A stretch of 64,000 bases of DNA, from contig NMRA01000159.1 in assembly GCA_002633005.1 (NCBI GenBank), forward strand, positions 728,739-792,738, read 5' to 3'. The DNA comes from Phoronis australis (lineage: Eukaryota > Animalia > Phoronida). This document shows positions 1 to 13,333 of this stretch, in pieces; position 1 is the first letter of the stretch, and every line of letters begins with the position of its first letter. Position numbers and translations under genes: made by a program. The notes beneath the pieces are model-generated. The model saw only the letters and a program-made list of their open reading frames with translations. It had not been told where the DNA came from and did no database searches.

Positions 1-223
1 GTGATATCAAGATATCACTGAACCGTCTAAAGCAATACTCCCAACTTAAAACGCTAATAACTTCATTTATTTGCAATTTCGAGCTTGGCCGCCCCCAATA
101 ATTGATCAATGGAAGTTTTGGGTGTTTGCAGTATGTGTTGCTTGCTTCTAATATTACGTTGTCCTCAAAACTTTATTAAAAGACTTGTTAAGTATTAAGT
201 TTTAGCAGGCTGACTAGTGTACA

Positions 224-1471
224 AACTAGAAAGATTATTGTCACGGCGTGACAATAACGGACTCTGCGCATGCGTATTACTGGAATTATTAAGGGAAGTT
301 ACTGACAGCAACCCGTTTACCAATATGAAAAGGAATTCTTTAAAATTGTAGGAGAAATTACATATTAATTTTTTGATGACCTTTCTACTAATTGACCTCT
401 TCCGGTGCATTATGAGCCCCGATGAGGGAGTAATTGTTAACTCGATTAAAAGTGTGGTTAATGCTAATAACCACAGATGTTTTACTTTAAGCACTTCAGA
501 ATACAAGATGAATGAAGTGGTCAAACTTTCAGAAGAAAAGTGCGCCTAATGACCCCATGGGTGCACCAAATGACCTGAAAATTTAGAATTCAAATTCAAT
601 CGCACTTAGTAAACAGATACGTAATTCTAAAGTCTCTAGTTCAAAATTTTAGTTTGCACTCAATGACCTTTGACCTATTTTTTCTGATTGGTTAGGCCTA
701 TTGCAAAGTAGGGAATTCAATTGGCATGTTGACTTACACCAGTGTGCTGAAATTGAAAAGAATTCTTTGAAAAACCTAAGAGATATAACATGTTGAACGT
801 TACATGACCTTTGCACTAATTGACCTTATCCGGTGCATTTTAAGCATCTTTAGGAGAATTATTGCAAAGCCCATGGAAAATGTGTTTAACGCTGAGAATC
901 ACAGTTGTCTAAAGGTTGACACATCAGAATACTTGCTGATTGAAAAGGTCAAATTTCCAGAAGAAAACTGCACCTAGTGACCCCATGTTTGCACTAAAGG
1001 ACCTGAAACTTTGGATTCCGAATTGATTTACCTGAGGCAATCACACCTGTCAATTTGAAGTGTCTAGCTCAAAATTTTAGTTTGCACCTAATGGCCTTTG
1101 ACCTATTTCACCTGATTGGATGACCCAATTACTTAGGAAAGTATTTTTTAAATTGTCATGTTGTCTTACACCTGTGCACCGAATTTGAAAAAGAGCTTTA
1201 AAACTGAAGGAGGAGTAGCATTTTGAAAATTATATGACCTTTGCACCAAGCAACCTCTTCCGGTGCAATATGGAATATGATTATATATCCAATCAAAATT
1301 TATATACTGCCAAAAGTCATATGCTGAAATTAAAGACCGTACATGCACCCAATTTGGAGTTATTAAGCCTCAAATTGGTCGGAAGAAGAATAAGAAAAAG
1401 AATAAGAAGAATAAGAATAAAATTGAAGAAAACCCAGGAACAACAGTACTCTGCGCTTACACGCGCAGAGT
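224..1471 (+). mobile_element. Non-autonomous Helentron/Helitron-associated (HINE-like) element, copy 1
   Basis: Starts AACTAGAAAG with a perfect hairpin ttattgtcac-ggc-gtgacaataa (235-257). Has ~430-bp internal subrepeats (motif atgacctt..ccggtgca at ~376, ~803, ~1234), an (AGAATA)n microsatellite and a terminal hairpin tactctgcgc-ttacac-gcgcagagta. No coding capacity. Confidence 0.65.
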
Positions 1472-3308
1472 AACTAGAAAGATTATTGTCACGGCGTGAC
1501 AATAACGGACTCTGCGCGTGCGTATTACTGGAATTATTATGGGAAGTTACTGACAGCGACCCGTTTACCAATATGAACAGGAATTCTTTAAAATTGTAGG
1601 AGAAATTACATATTAATTTTTTATGACCTTTCCACTAATTGACCACTTCCGGTGCATTATGAGCGCCGATGAGGGAGTAATTGTTAACTCGTTTAAAAGT
1701 GTGGTTAATGCAAAAAATCACAGATGTTTTACTTTAAGCACTTCAGAATACAAGATGAATGAAGTGGTCAAACTTTCAGAAGAAAAATGCACCTAATGAC
1801 CCCATGAGTGCACCAAATGACCTGAAAATTTAGAATTCAAACTTAATCGCACTTAGTAAACAGATACCTAATTCTGAAATCTCTAGCTCAAAATTTTAGT
1901 TTGCACTCAATGACCTTTGACCTATTTTTTCTGATTGGTTAGGCCTATTGCGAAGTAGGGTATTCAAGTGGCATGTTGACTTACCCAAGTGTGCTGAAAT
2001 TGAAAGGAATTCCTTGAAAAACGTAAGAGAAATAACATTTTAAACGTTACATGACCTTTCCACTAATGGACCCTATCCGGTGCATTATAAGCATATTTAG
2101 GAGAATTAATGCAAAGCCCATGAAAAATGTGTTTCATGCTGAGAATCACAGTTGTCTGACGGGTGACACATCAGAATACTTGCCGATTACATAGGTCAAA
2201 TTTATATATAGAAAATGCACCTAATGACCCCATGTTTGCACTAAATGACCTGAAACTTTGGATTCCGAATTGAATTTCCTGTGCCAATCAGACCTGTTAA
2301 TTTGAAGTGTCTAGCTCAAAATTTTAATTTGCACTCAATGACCTTTGACCTATTTTTTCTGATTGGTTAGGCCTATTGCGAAGTAAATTAGGGTATTCAA
2401 TTGGCATGTTGACTTACCCAAGTGTGCTGAAATGGAAAGGAATTCCTTGAAAAACGTAAGAGAAATAACATTTTGAACGTTACATGACCTTTGCACTAAT
2501 TGACCCTATCCGGTGCATTATAAGCATCTTTAGGAGAATTAATGCAAAGCCCATCAAAAATGTGTTTAACGCTGAGAATCACAGTTGTCTAACGGTTGAC
2601 ACATCATCTTTAGGAGAATTAATGCAAAGCCCATGAAAAATGTGTTTAACGCTGAGAATCACAGTTGTCTAAAGGTTGACACATCAGAATACTTGCTGAT
2701 TGAAAAGATCAAATTTTCAGTAGAAAAATGCACCTAATGACCCCATGTTTGCACTAAATGACCTGAAACTTTGGATTCCGTTTTGATTTACCTGTGGCAA
2801 TCAGACTTGTCAATTTGAAGTGCCTAGCTCAAAATTTTAGTTTGCACCTAATGACCTTTGACCTATTTCACCTGATTGAATGACCCGATTACTTAGAAAA
2901 GTAATTTTTTAAATTGTGATGTTGACTTATACCTGTGCACCGAATTTGAAAAAGATAGCTTTAAAACTGAAGGAGTAGCATTTTGAAAATTACGTGACCT
3001 TTGCACCAAACGACCTCTTCCGGTGCAATATGGAATATGATTATATAACCAATTAAAATTTATATACTGTCAAAAGTCATATGCTGAATTTAAAGACCGT
3101 ACGTGCACCCAATTTGGAGTTATTAAGCCTCAAAGTTGGTCGGAAGAAGAATAAGAACAATAAGAATAAGAATAAGAATAAAATTGAAGAAAACCCAGGA
3201 ACAACAGTACTCTGCGCTTACACGCGCAGAGTAATAATAATAAGAAGAAGAATAAAATTGAAGAAAACCCAGGAACAACAGTACTCTGCGCTCACACGCG
3301 CAGAGTAA
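1472..3308 (+). mobile_element. HINE-like element, copy 2 (head-to-tail with copy 1), with an extra internal unit and duplicated 3' tail
   Basis: Near-identical start at 1472; four internal subrepeats (~1623, 2051, 2484, 2993); ~79-bp local duplication at ~2526-2685; microsatellite plus hairpin tail present twice (ends ~3232 and ~3306). Confidence 0.65.
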
Positions 3309-4259
3309 TGAGGTGACTGGAATAGTTGGATGAGTCGATCCAAGCGGGTATTCAAAGTAAATGAAAAAATTCGTGTCATGTAACCGATGCATTTGAGCTC
3401 TAATGTGACGTAAAACTTTCTATTCAAGATACGTTTAAAGCTGGAAGAAAACTGCAGAGATGTTGAGGAGGAATCTTAAAACAGGACACAAGTAAGCTGA
3501 ATGACATTGGTCACGTGCCACGCGGTGGTCCTGCAAGTCACGCAACCGGATGTTGTCGCAATAACCCACTTTTGTAGCAAGGGATAGGATTACTGTGAGA
3601 AACGAAGTGAAATTAGATTGAACTTTATTAGTGCATTTATCGTCATTATTTTGACATTTGTCACTTTTATTATAGAAATAAATTGATTGATTGTGAAAAG
3701 CCTGAAGGGCCTTACAGATATTGTATAATAAGAGAAAATAAAACGGCATCCGGGATAAAGATTGGGAAAAGTACAGAGAAAAACGTAGAGATATTGTAGA
3801 CAACGAGGTATGTGGCTGAATGAACTAGACCACGCTAAACTGAAACAAGGAAATAATGTCGAGTAGAGAGGAGTATGAATATAGAGGTGGAAGCCGGAGG
3901 CTATACACAGAAAGGAGTATTGTAAAATAAATCCTAAGGGTTGGTACAAAAATAGTCAAGCAAATTGTCGTAAGCTGCCCTTGAGTTACTATGAGGCTGC
4001 ATTTTGAGAAGTTTGAACCAATTCTTGATCACGGCAAGATAGTACTTAGTAAATAACGGCAACCGCCCACTGTCATGGGCGGCGCAGATAAAGCCCCATC
4101 AGCCCCCCTGTGGTGCACCACCTATAGACCATGTGCGGCGTTGCACTGAAAAAAGTCGGGCTATAGCCCCCCAGCCCCCTATGGTGTGCTATGGCCCATG
4201 TCAGTATAGCATCGTTTTAGCATGAATTAGCTACACCCAACACACGCTTACAGAAATGA

Positions 4260-4710
4260 ATATGCACTTGTTCCAATTAGTTGCATTCTTGAAAGACCTA
4301 TATTTCGGCTCCATGTAGGTTAGATCATTTTATCAAAAATCTCAAAAGCCAACACGCAATTGAAACATAGTCAAGTTTCTTTGTAACTTACCGTGAACAC
4401 AACACCAAGATACTTGTAACTGGAAACCACATCGAGATTTTTCACCTCCAAAATACCACCTCTCGCAATTTCTCAGGGGACCTCCGTCTCTAAACACCAT
4501 AACTTTGTTTTTTACTAAATTTACAGACATGCCCCATTCGTGGCAGAACTTATTTAAAGCACACCGTAGTTTTTGCAGTTTAACTGGATACTAAGCACAC
4601 AAGGCCATATCATCGGCATATAACAATAATTTTACGTCAGAGACATTTTGACTTAGAAAAATATCATCGCTACTACTAGAGTGAATACATTCTACAAACT
4701 CATTCAAATA
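4260..4710 (-). pseudogene. Decayed non-LTR retrotransposon RT fragment (RTEX/L2-like)
   Basis: Minus-strand translation SDVKLLLYADDMALCA*YPVKLQKL..KFCHEWGMSVNLVKNKVMVFRDGG..WYFGG, then a frameshifted YKYLGV. YADD motif present with stop and frameshift. Confidence 0.8.
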
Positions 4711-5464
4711 CAATATTTGTTTACAATCTTCTCTTTGTACGTTTTTTATTAGTCCCTTCAGGCTTATTCCTAATTCTTCTATTCATTTTTGTTCCATTAT
4801 TACGGGCATTCCTTTGTAGACGCCGGTGGCGTTTTCCCCCATCTTGCAGAGCCTTCTTCTACTTAAGTCATAATAAATTATATTTTTCGTAATCCTCTTC
4901 TTGTTTTACTCTGCAACATAGTTCGTTTCGTACCCCGGGCAAAACAGATAACGATAAACGAGGATTAACAAACTGTAGGTTTGCTGAAGGAGCAGATTAG
5001 AAATACCGTTGTCCGTGAAAATACCCATAGGGCGCCAGCGTAACCTTCATAAGTTTTAAATTAATTTTGAGCTCATTGTATTGTATCTTAACGTAAATAA
5101 ACATGTTACTCACTCCATCTTATAACTAACGTTTTCCCAAACCAGTGCGTCGTCCGTAGACTCATCTTGTCATAGATATTAGGCTGAAGCTGAATTTTAA
5201 GTGGATCCCAAGGTTAACTGAACACTAACAAAATCTAATTTGGGAATGTTGTGTGCTTGTTATGTGAATGGGTGTCCGGGTCCCAATTTTCCAATTTTCA
5301 CAAAAATAAAGACTTGGGAAAAGTTCTGGGAGCTATGTTTAAAACGTAAAAAATGTTCAAATCCTAAAATTATACTTGTGTAACGGGGGCGGTGTCTACA
5401 GGGCACTCCCTGTTACACTTTAATGAAGAACAATAGTCTGAAGTTGTTCTACTTTGTTTTACAG

Positions 5465-5716
5465 AATTCTGCTCATGTGTCTAATAGTATGTTACGTCTC
5501 ATACTATTACATAGCCCAGCACCGGGTATTGCTACCCAGTGACGTAGATGGGAGAAAAACGAACAAATCCTTTCTGTATTATGTCCAGACAGCGTCCTGT
5601 ATATCCAAGTACTATCTACAGCCAGACCTTTTTGGGGTTGCCTCTTTGTGTGACTGCGATGTTTTGGTACTCAGCCACAAGACAGCATGTTTGCAAAATA
5701 ATCTCACACATGTCAG
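5465..5716 (+). CDS. Exon of an uncharacterised type II membrane, putative GT-A-like protein (TM segment and Cys-containing region)
   Basis: ttttacag| acceptor and AG|gtgagt donor; ILLMCLIVCYVSYYYIA (hydrophobic anchor)..FLYYVQTASC..CDCDVLVLSHKTAC..LTHV. The phase-2 end matches the exon at 19403. Any upstream exon was not located. Confidence 0.75.
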
Positions 5717-6009
5717 GTGAGTTAGTCAAAATCACGGTTCTATCCAGCATGACGTCATGTTCAACGCGATTCTTCGCCTCGTCCCTTACGTCATCTGTCT
5801 GCATCATGGAGATATTGGTACAACCTTATATATGTTTTCTGCTGAGTTTATGTTCTCCTCCGCACAATGAATTTAGTCAGTGACACAGTCTGAAGCTATT
5901 GAAGACAACGAATAAGGCTGAAACAGTCGTTTATGCCCAGAGGTTTTTATCTCTCGTGACCTTTAGGTCAATTCACGTTTTTGGGAATAAATTTCAGCGT
6001 CAATCTATC

Positions 6010-7575
6010 GGAGATTCCTGGTTTAAATTATTCTAGGAATATCAAAGAAATTCAAAACGGGCACCAACTCCTCTCGGCAAAACTACTGTCATAAAATCAC
6101 TGCTCTTACAAAATCAATTCTTTTTATGGCTTTGCCATCACCATCAAGATAAGAAGTTTATCTATTAGAACGTATGATTTTCGAATTTATTTGGGGTAAA
6201 CCAAATAAAACCAAAAGGACCGAAATTGTTTAGAATTTCTCCCATGATGGATGCAAAATGATTGATATTGAATTTTCTTTAAAAATCTGAAATTATCCTG
6301 GTTTAGAAGATTATTAAATGGTCATGAGGAATTTTGTACACATCTGTTGTTGTTGCATGATCCTTTGAGAACGCGGAACTCTTTACTTTTTGGAGATGCG
6401 TTTTATAGCACTTATGCAAAAGACATTAAAAAATGTGTTTTGGTTTGAGGTCTTTACGTATGTAGCACAAACTATGTGTTTGTATGCTGATTACTTCCTT
6501 TACATTCCAATCTGGTATAAAAGCAACATATATGTATTAACAGATAACAATGTAATATGTTGTAGGCAATAGTTTTAAAAAAGGTATCATTCATGTTTGT
6601 AATTTGTTGGGTACTGAGGGAACATTTATGACTCATCAGTCCCTTTGCATTGGGCATGGCTTTTCTTTACCTTTCGTTTTGTTTTATGGTCTCAAGAAGG
6701 CAATTTGCAATTTGAAAAAAGGATCACAGGCAATGTCTTTTAATGTTAGTCTCTTTAATATGCCAGTTGTACTTGTAAGGTTAGCTAAAAACAAACATGT
6801 TCTTATTGAATTAAATCTATTTATACAAAGCCAAAGCGTGAATATCAGTGGGAAACTGACCTTGGTATTGATGCATCTCCTGATTGGTGGAGAAAAGCGT
6901 ATACTTATTGATGCATCTCCTGATTGGTGAAGAAAGGTAGAATTTACTAGTGATACTAGATTGGGATGGTTTCTGGTTAGTTCCATACATCGTTAAAAAT
7001 CAACAAACTGATATTTACATAAGACTGGAGATAAAGAATCAGATTTATGTCCATTTTGTAAAAAAGTACCAGAGGATATTAGTCATCTTTGTGTTGGAAC
7101 TGTGATTTGACAAGGTCTTTCTGGATTTCACTTGATGAATGGATCATAAACAAAACCGGAAACTCGCTAGAGTTTTCAAATTTAGATATATTTTCGGAAA
7201 GATTGAAGGACAAGACGTCATTAATCTTATTGTTTGTCTAGGAAAATTTCATATTGATTGACAGCGTCTTAAAAACACGACTCCCAATTTGACATTCTTT
7301 AAAATGGAAGTCTTTGAGTATTTCAGAATTGAAAGATACTCGTTTTACAATAATCTAAAATTCGAGGATTTTAATAACAGATGGGCCCCTATGGTACATC
7401 GATTTTGAGGTAGTTTATTTTTGAGTTGTAAATGACCCCCACCACAAGTGTGCACGTGCATATGTATGTGCGTATGAATGTGGCTATAACGGTGCGTATG
7501 GATGTGGGTATGTCTGTTTTCTCTTCATGTTCACATGTCTGTAAAAGTATTATATTTAATAATAAAAAACAAAAA
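6010..7575 (+). pseudogene. 5'-truncated decayed L1/Tx1-like LINE ORF2 C-terminus
   Basis: Broken frames FMALPSP..IFEFIWGKPNK..DGCKMIDI..LSWFRRLL and a zinc-knuckle-like SDLCPFCKKVPEDISHL..CDLTRSFW; ends with AATAAA and an A-rich tail near 7560-7575. Confidence 0.75.
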
Positions 7576-8347
7576 GTAAGGCTGAAAGAGAGAAATTCGA
7601 AATATTTCCGGGGGAAATTCACGATCTTACAGTGGAGCCGTCTGTAGTCGTTTCTTCTTTTTGGTGTTGCCTCTTGTAGAATGTGTTTCAATCCAACGCT
7701 GCTTCCGTAAACGGCAATCCCAAGTTTGCTCCAAGCTTTGACTGGGTTTAAACCAAGCGTCTTTGTACCAAGACGCCAGCGCCGGGAGTAAATTAATCTT
7801 GAGGATAGGCGTTCATCCTACCATTTGGCACTTAAAGCGAATTACAGAAATCCCTGCAAAGTAAACAATTTTTGTGTTAATTTCGCATTTTAAACGCTAT
7901 CACGTTTGAAAAAATACGTGATATCTCAGGCGACCGGCAGTAGCGCTGGGCACTACGACTCCGTTTCCATCGTCTGCTCCACTGTGCAATGAAGAAAATT
8001 TTTAAATGAAATGGAATCTTTGTGATGATGAAAGAACAGGCAAATCCCCCTCCCGACCTCCCCCCATGCAGTGCTATGGCATCTACAATCTTGCTTTGAG
8101 CAAGTGTTTACAGACAAAATGTTGGCCCCCCCCCCTTGTGATATCCTAGATCAGCCACTGGCACGTATAAATTACGTGCGTAAGTTAATTCTTGCACCAT
8201 AGACTATAGTACATGGACCGCCAACTCCGTATACTTTCAATGGACGAAATCTGTGATCTTACGCATAAGCCCTTACGGCATTATTCACTGGCGACACCTG
8301 GCTAAATTATCTGGTGCAATTTCCGGCAAGTACGTCGTCTGCTAATC

Positions 8348-8540
8348 ATGGTCGGCTACTGTGTGGCCGGTTGTTTGGCCACACACACGAAATGCAAAGG
8401 AATTAGCTTCCATACCATCCGAAGACCCCATAATCGGCTGTGGGAAGAAAACCTTACTTCTGGTGTCAACTTGAATGGCAGTTGTTTCAGCAATAAGACT
8501 ATACATTTGTTCAAGGCCCTTCGAAGATGAATGTTTTTAA
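8348..8540 (+). pseudogene. Degenerate THAP zinc-finger remnant (DNA transposon-derived)
   Basis: MVGYCVAGC..GISFH..LW, then frameshifted YICSRPFEDECF (CxxHF with H>P). Possibly bounded by short inverted ends CATAGACT (8198) / AGTCTATG (8981). Confidence 0.6.
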
Positions 8541-11056
8541 GAGAGTCTACTACTTAATCCTGTCTTCACAAATCCATTTTTGTTTTCTCCGTTTTGATGA
8601 AAACTATCTGGTAAACTTTTAGACGAAAATTATCCGCTAAATTTCTTCCAAAGGTAGTGACTCGTAAACTCTTGTCCTTACGAGGAAGTTCAGCCATAGC
8701 CTAGTGAGCGAATTAACCAAATTACTCTTCGCTGGCCCTGATCAGACGGTTGGTCTCAGCAGAATGCGCACACTTGGCCAGGATTTGGATCAGCGATTTC
8801 AACAAATTCACATTCGCGTACAAATAAATAGAACGCTGGTAAAACCTTTAACATGAATAAAGATTACATTAATACTTCATAAATAACCACCCGGACAAGT
8901 CAAAATCTATCTCGCAATTCAACAGCAGGTTACACACTCATTTCATGTATCCCGCTCAAAATCTCTCGACTGCAGTCTATGAAAATGCAACCAACTTCTT
9001 TGAAAACATGGAACAGGAACACCAGAGGGGTGTAAAGGTTGTTTTTATTCTTCAATGTTAAATTTTTTGTAAGCGGACATATTGTTTTTTAAATTTCCGC
9101 CTTAAGTCCTAACATTTCTAAACTTAAGCCTTTCAAACGAACGTTTATGACGAAAACAAAATTCTTCAACCAGTTTTGTAAAGTCTTATGCCACCTGTAG
9201 GGTACATAATGAGCCAATCCCACTCTTAATGTAACAAAAGGGTCCCATGCATAAAGGATACTAAGTATTGCCCTTCTGAAATATTACCGTATGCGCCCTA
9301 ATAAGCGGCCAGGGTGCTTAGAAAAATCCGCTCCAGGAAGGGGGCGCTTATTATAGCCCAAAAGTGGTTGAAACCCGGTCTCCGAAACAGGTGAAATCGT
9401 AAGCTAGAATTCATCAAAGTTACGCTCTGTGACGCATCTGTAACCTATGAACAGAGTTTCTACAAAACTGCAGAGCATTGCTATCAAACTTTGTTGTCAA
9501 CTTACGAGCATTTTTCAGAAAATACCACTGCCAAAAATTGCCGTGAATCAGGTTCCAAGCTCCTCAGCTTGGTTTAACTATATATTAATAAACCATAAAA
9601 ATGGTTCCAAGTGATCAGTGCAATGCCTGCGCACGTCTAATAAATGTGTATCATGCAGCTCCTGATTTAAACAAAGGTCTGTTTTTTTTATTTTTGGTCC
9701 GGTATAAATAACGCCACAGACCTGGAAATCCAGCGAAACACTTCTACCTTACAAATCTGACAATCCCTAGTCTCAGAAAATTTGAGCACCCGGCAAAAGA
9801 TACTAATGATGAAATTCTGGTGATGATAATCACCCACTTTGTTTATTTACTTCACCTCAATTTGAGATACTTGGTAAAATGAAGCCCATTCGAGTAAGCA
9901 TCATGTGGGTCCCAATGCCAACCCAATATATAATAGAACCCAACAAGCTCAAGTTGCAGTCAAATCAGGATGGGCATAAATAAGGAAATTCACTGTATCA
10001 ACAGATTGGCCAAATAAGAATAAGATACAAAGTGTTGTTACAGTGCACACGTGCACGATACTTGGTCTATTATTTTCCCGCTGTAAACGCATGAACCAAT
10101 CAGATCACCAATGGCGCAAAGTTTTCGAAAATAGCTCGATTTTTCGGGAGTCCTGTTTTACTGTTCTATTTATTTTCAAAACTTTATTATGTTACATTTA
10201 GTTTATTTTCTGTTCAACTCAATGAAGCCACCTAATATGAATGCATTCAACACAATTAATGCATTGTAAAAACCAAAAGTTATGCTCTATCAACGTTAGA
10301 CAAAATCAGTACACCCCTTTCTTAAAAAATGGGTTAAAAGTTAGAAACAAAGGACACTAGTTTGCATCACTTGTAACGTCGATTTTCGACATTGATGTTG
10401 GGGAGGAACAAGTCTGGCGACAGCAACACATAATCACACGAAGGCGATGATTTTCAAAATTTGATTCGTTTTCGTAGTATATGTCTTTTTTCCCTATGGT
10501 TCAGGGCTACTTCTGAATCCAGGAACAAGAACTGAACAAGGCAGGGTTCGTGAAAACGTTGGAGAACGGTAACATTTATATAAGGTGTTACAACTGTCAT
10601 CGATATTGTCATCTCCTCTGTTTTCATCCAACCTTCCGAGATGAAAACTTGAATGAAGAGGACCTTCAGTACTTGAGTGAGCATGGTATACTGTGTGATT
10701 TATGTTGAATTATTCAACGGTTCTTTTAAGAACCATTTCACGCTATAGCTACAACCAACGGCCCTTTTAAGGGCCACTCAACACTTCCCAAAAAACTGCT
10801 CACTTGAGAATGTTGATTTATAAACACGCTTTCGTAGTTTTCTTAGAAGGCCTATGTGAACCATAAATCAAAAACTATGCTGCTATTGGGCAAGCAGACG
10901 ACGCTTTTGAGATCTCAGCTTGAACACTTATATCAAAAAATTGTTAACGACGTTGTTTGGCTATCAATATACCTTTCTTTCTTGCTAAACTATATTAAAA
11001 GGACATAACTGATCGGTGAAAAGTCAAAAATCAAATTCTACAGGCTTTCTACTTTC

Positions 11057-11059
<3 letters not shown>

Positions 11060-11110
<51 letters not shown>
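11060..11110. repeat. (TA)n microsatellite
   Basis: About 25 TA units. Confidence 0.95.
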
Positions 11111-11113
<3 letters not shown>

Positions 11114-11177
11114 GTTTGTATACAGAAATGGGGTTATTATCTGAAACCTTGAATTGGGGTAAAATTTTGAGACCTTG

Positions 11178-11440
11178 TTCCGGGGCATATATATAATATA
11201 TAGCCCGCAACTGTTTATGCCCCATTGGGTATATGCCCCGGAGCAATATATATCCCGCAATTATATATACCTCACTAGGTATATACCCCAGTACTATAGC
11301 CCGCAGGTATGTATGTCCCATTGGGTGTATACACTATATACCCCGCAACTTTATATATCCCATTAGATATATGCCCCAGTATTTTATATATCCCGGTTTT
11401 CCACCTAATATACAATGTACAAGCCCCGCAACTATGTTTA
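11178..11440. repeat. Degenerate minisatellite (tatatgccccgcaact-like), probably a non-autonomous DNA transposon interior
   Basis: Repeated tatat(g/a)cccc(g/a) motifs, with one inverted copy (cggggcatat). Confidence 0.6.
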
Positions 11441-13177
11441 TGTTACACTCGGTTAATGTCTTGATATGCCAAATATACACTCTTCCAAAGGCCCTTGGAA
11501 TAACGTGTATGTGTCCACAACAGATTTTACCACTTTCAAACCTAAAAATGTATGATCCTTTCATCTGTTTATAATTCTGAAACGTAAGCAGATGACACTA
11601 CCTCTGTCAGGCTCTACGGTGTACGTTGATACCTTCGATAAAAATACTCTTCTATAAAATCGTTGAAACCATTGTGAATGACATTCTTGCTTAGTTCGCC
11701 AATAAAAACTCTCACAGATGAAAGCTTAATCATTTATTGATCTGACACATAGTGAACTATAAATAACCCAAATTATCTTTAAAATCAAATGATTGACACC
11801 AAAATATAGGATACATGTACATCCATAGAAACAATGTTTGTGGTGTACGTGTACTAACAGTTTCATCCTGTGCAACATACAGATCTTAGCAGGCTTCCAG
11901 TCACCACAATTTCAGACTCCCACCATCTTAGTAGCAATTAAGACTACAAATGTAATTAAAGAAAATGTGATAGTTTTAGATTAATTCGTGTTTGCTTTCT
12001 TCATACAAAATGCTTATACATAGTGATTACCATTCTCAATTATAACTGAAAGCAGTTATTTTTAAAGATGTCTAAACTGCAAAAACTGCAGTGCAATTTG
12101 TCTGTATTGTCTAACTAACAAAACTCAGGTTCTTAGATGCTGTGGTTGAAGTGATGGTGGTGATGATGAAGACCCTAACGATCGGAGGTGACACTATGTA
12201 ACTTAAGAAAAAAAACATAATAATGAGCAGATCCTGTTAACTTTGCTGTGCTCTTATTGAAAGTCCTATGATCATCGCTTTTGGCATCACTAACACATCC
12301 CGATGACTCTTTTCCCACCTCCATGGAGATGGTCGTATTGTCATCATCACTTTCAGCATCATTGCATAGCTTGGTCAATTTTCCTTTAACCTAGAACTTT
12401 CCAGACTCCATACTAGTGAAATTTAATCAGTGTATCACCTGAATTTTTTAAACATACATTTTGCTATGATAAAAGTTCGAAGATTAGGAAGGATTTTGTA
12501 GTTCGTAATACATGCGTTGTAAAAACTGTCATAAAACAAGTTTTTGTTAATTTTAGTGATTTACAGAGAATTTTCTGTATATTATATTAAACTTAGGCCG
12601 GACAGGTATCTACTGAGTTTCAAGATTTTTTTACACTTTTTACCAATTTCTTAGTGTAGAACATTAATCATTTGACAAGTATCCTTGTACACATTGCGAA
12701 AGCTGTCATTCCTGTAAGATATATGTATGATCCTACATTCTTACTAAAACAAACTGTCTTACACAAACATTAATATAACATTAACAATTGTAATAGCAAT
12801 AATACTTTTGTGATTTCTTTGTAGTTCAAATCTGTTTGTTGTGTTCCCTTTTAGTATTCCTGCAGGTCGATAGTCCAACGAGGAGTTAGTCAGAAAGACT
12901 TTTAAGACTTTTGGGCTTCTGAATTAAGTTGTGTTTTTCTTATTACTACTTTCATTCGATAGGTTTGTGGTCTCAAGACCAAAGGATCTTTATTCTAGAC
13001 AGTGTTGAAATATACCTGATTAAAGGCGCGTAGGAAGGCAAAAAATGGGGGCACAAACCATTTCGACGTCGCCAAATAACTCCCCCATCGCGACCACCTC
13101 CGCTACCTCCCCCCACTCTCGCCCCCTGTCCTTCAAATGCGACCATATCTGTACCGAAATTTCCACGTGGAGAGGCA

Positions 13178-13333
13178 CAGTGGCGGATTTAGGGGGCCAA
13201 GAGGCCATGACACTCCGAAAATTCTCCCAGATTCCATTTGTCAGTTTGAAGGTGCCAATTTATGACTGGTAAAACCCTTGCTAATACTCTGTCCTGCCCC
13301 CCCTCCCAACTCAAAATCCTGGATCCGCCTGTG
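13178..13333 (+). mobile_element. hAT-like MITE (CAGTGGCGGATT..GGATCCGCC family)
   Basis: Imperfect terminal inverted repeats; internal sequence shared with copies at 21945-22108 (inverted) and 55204-55330. Confidence 0.65.
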
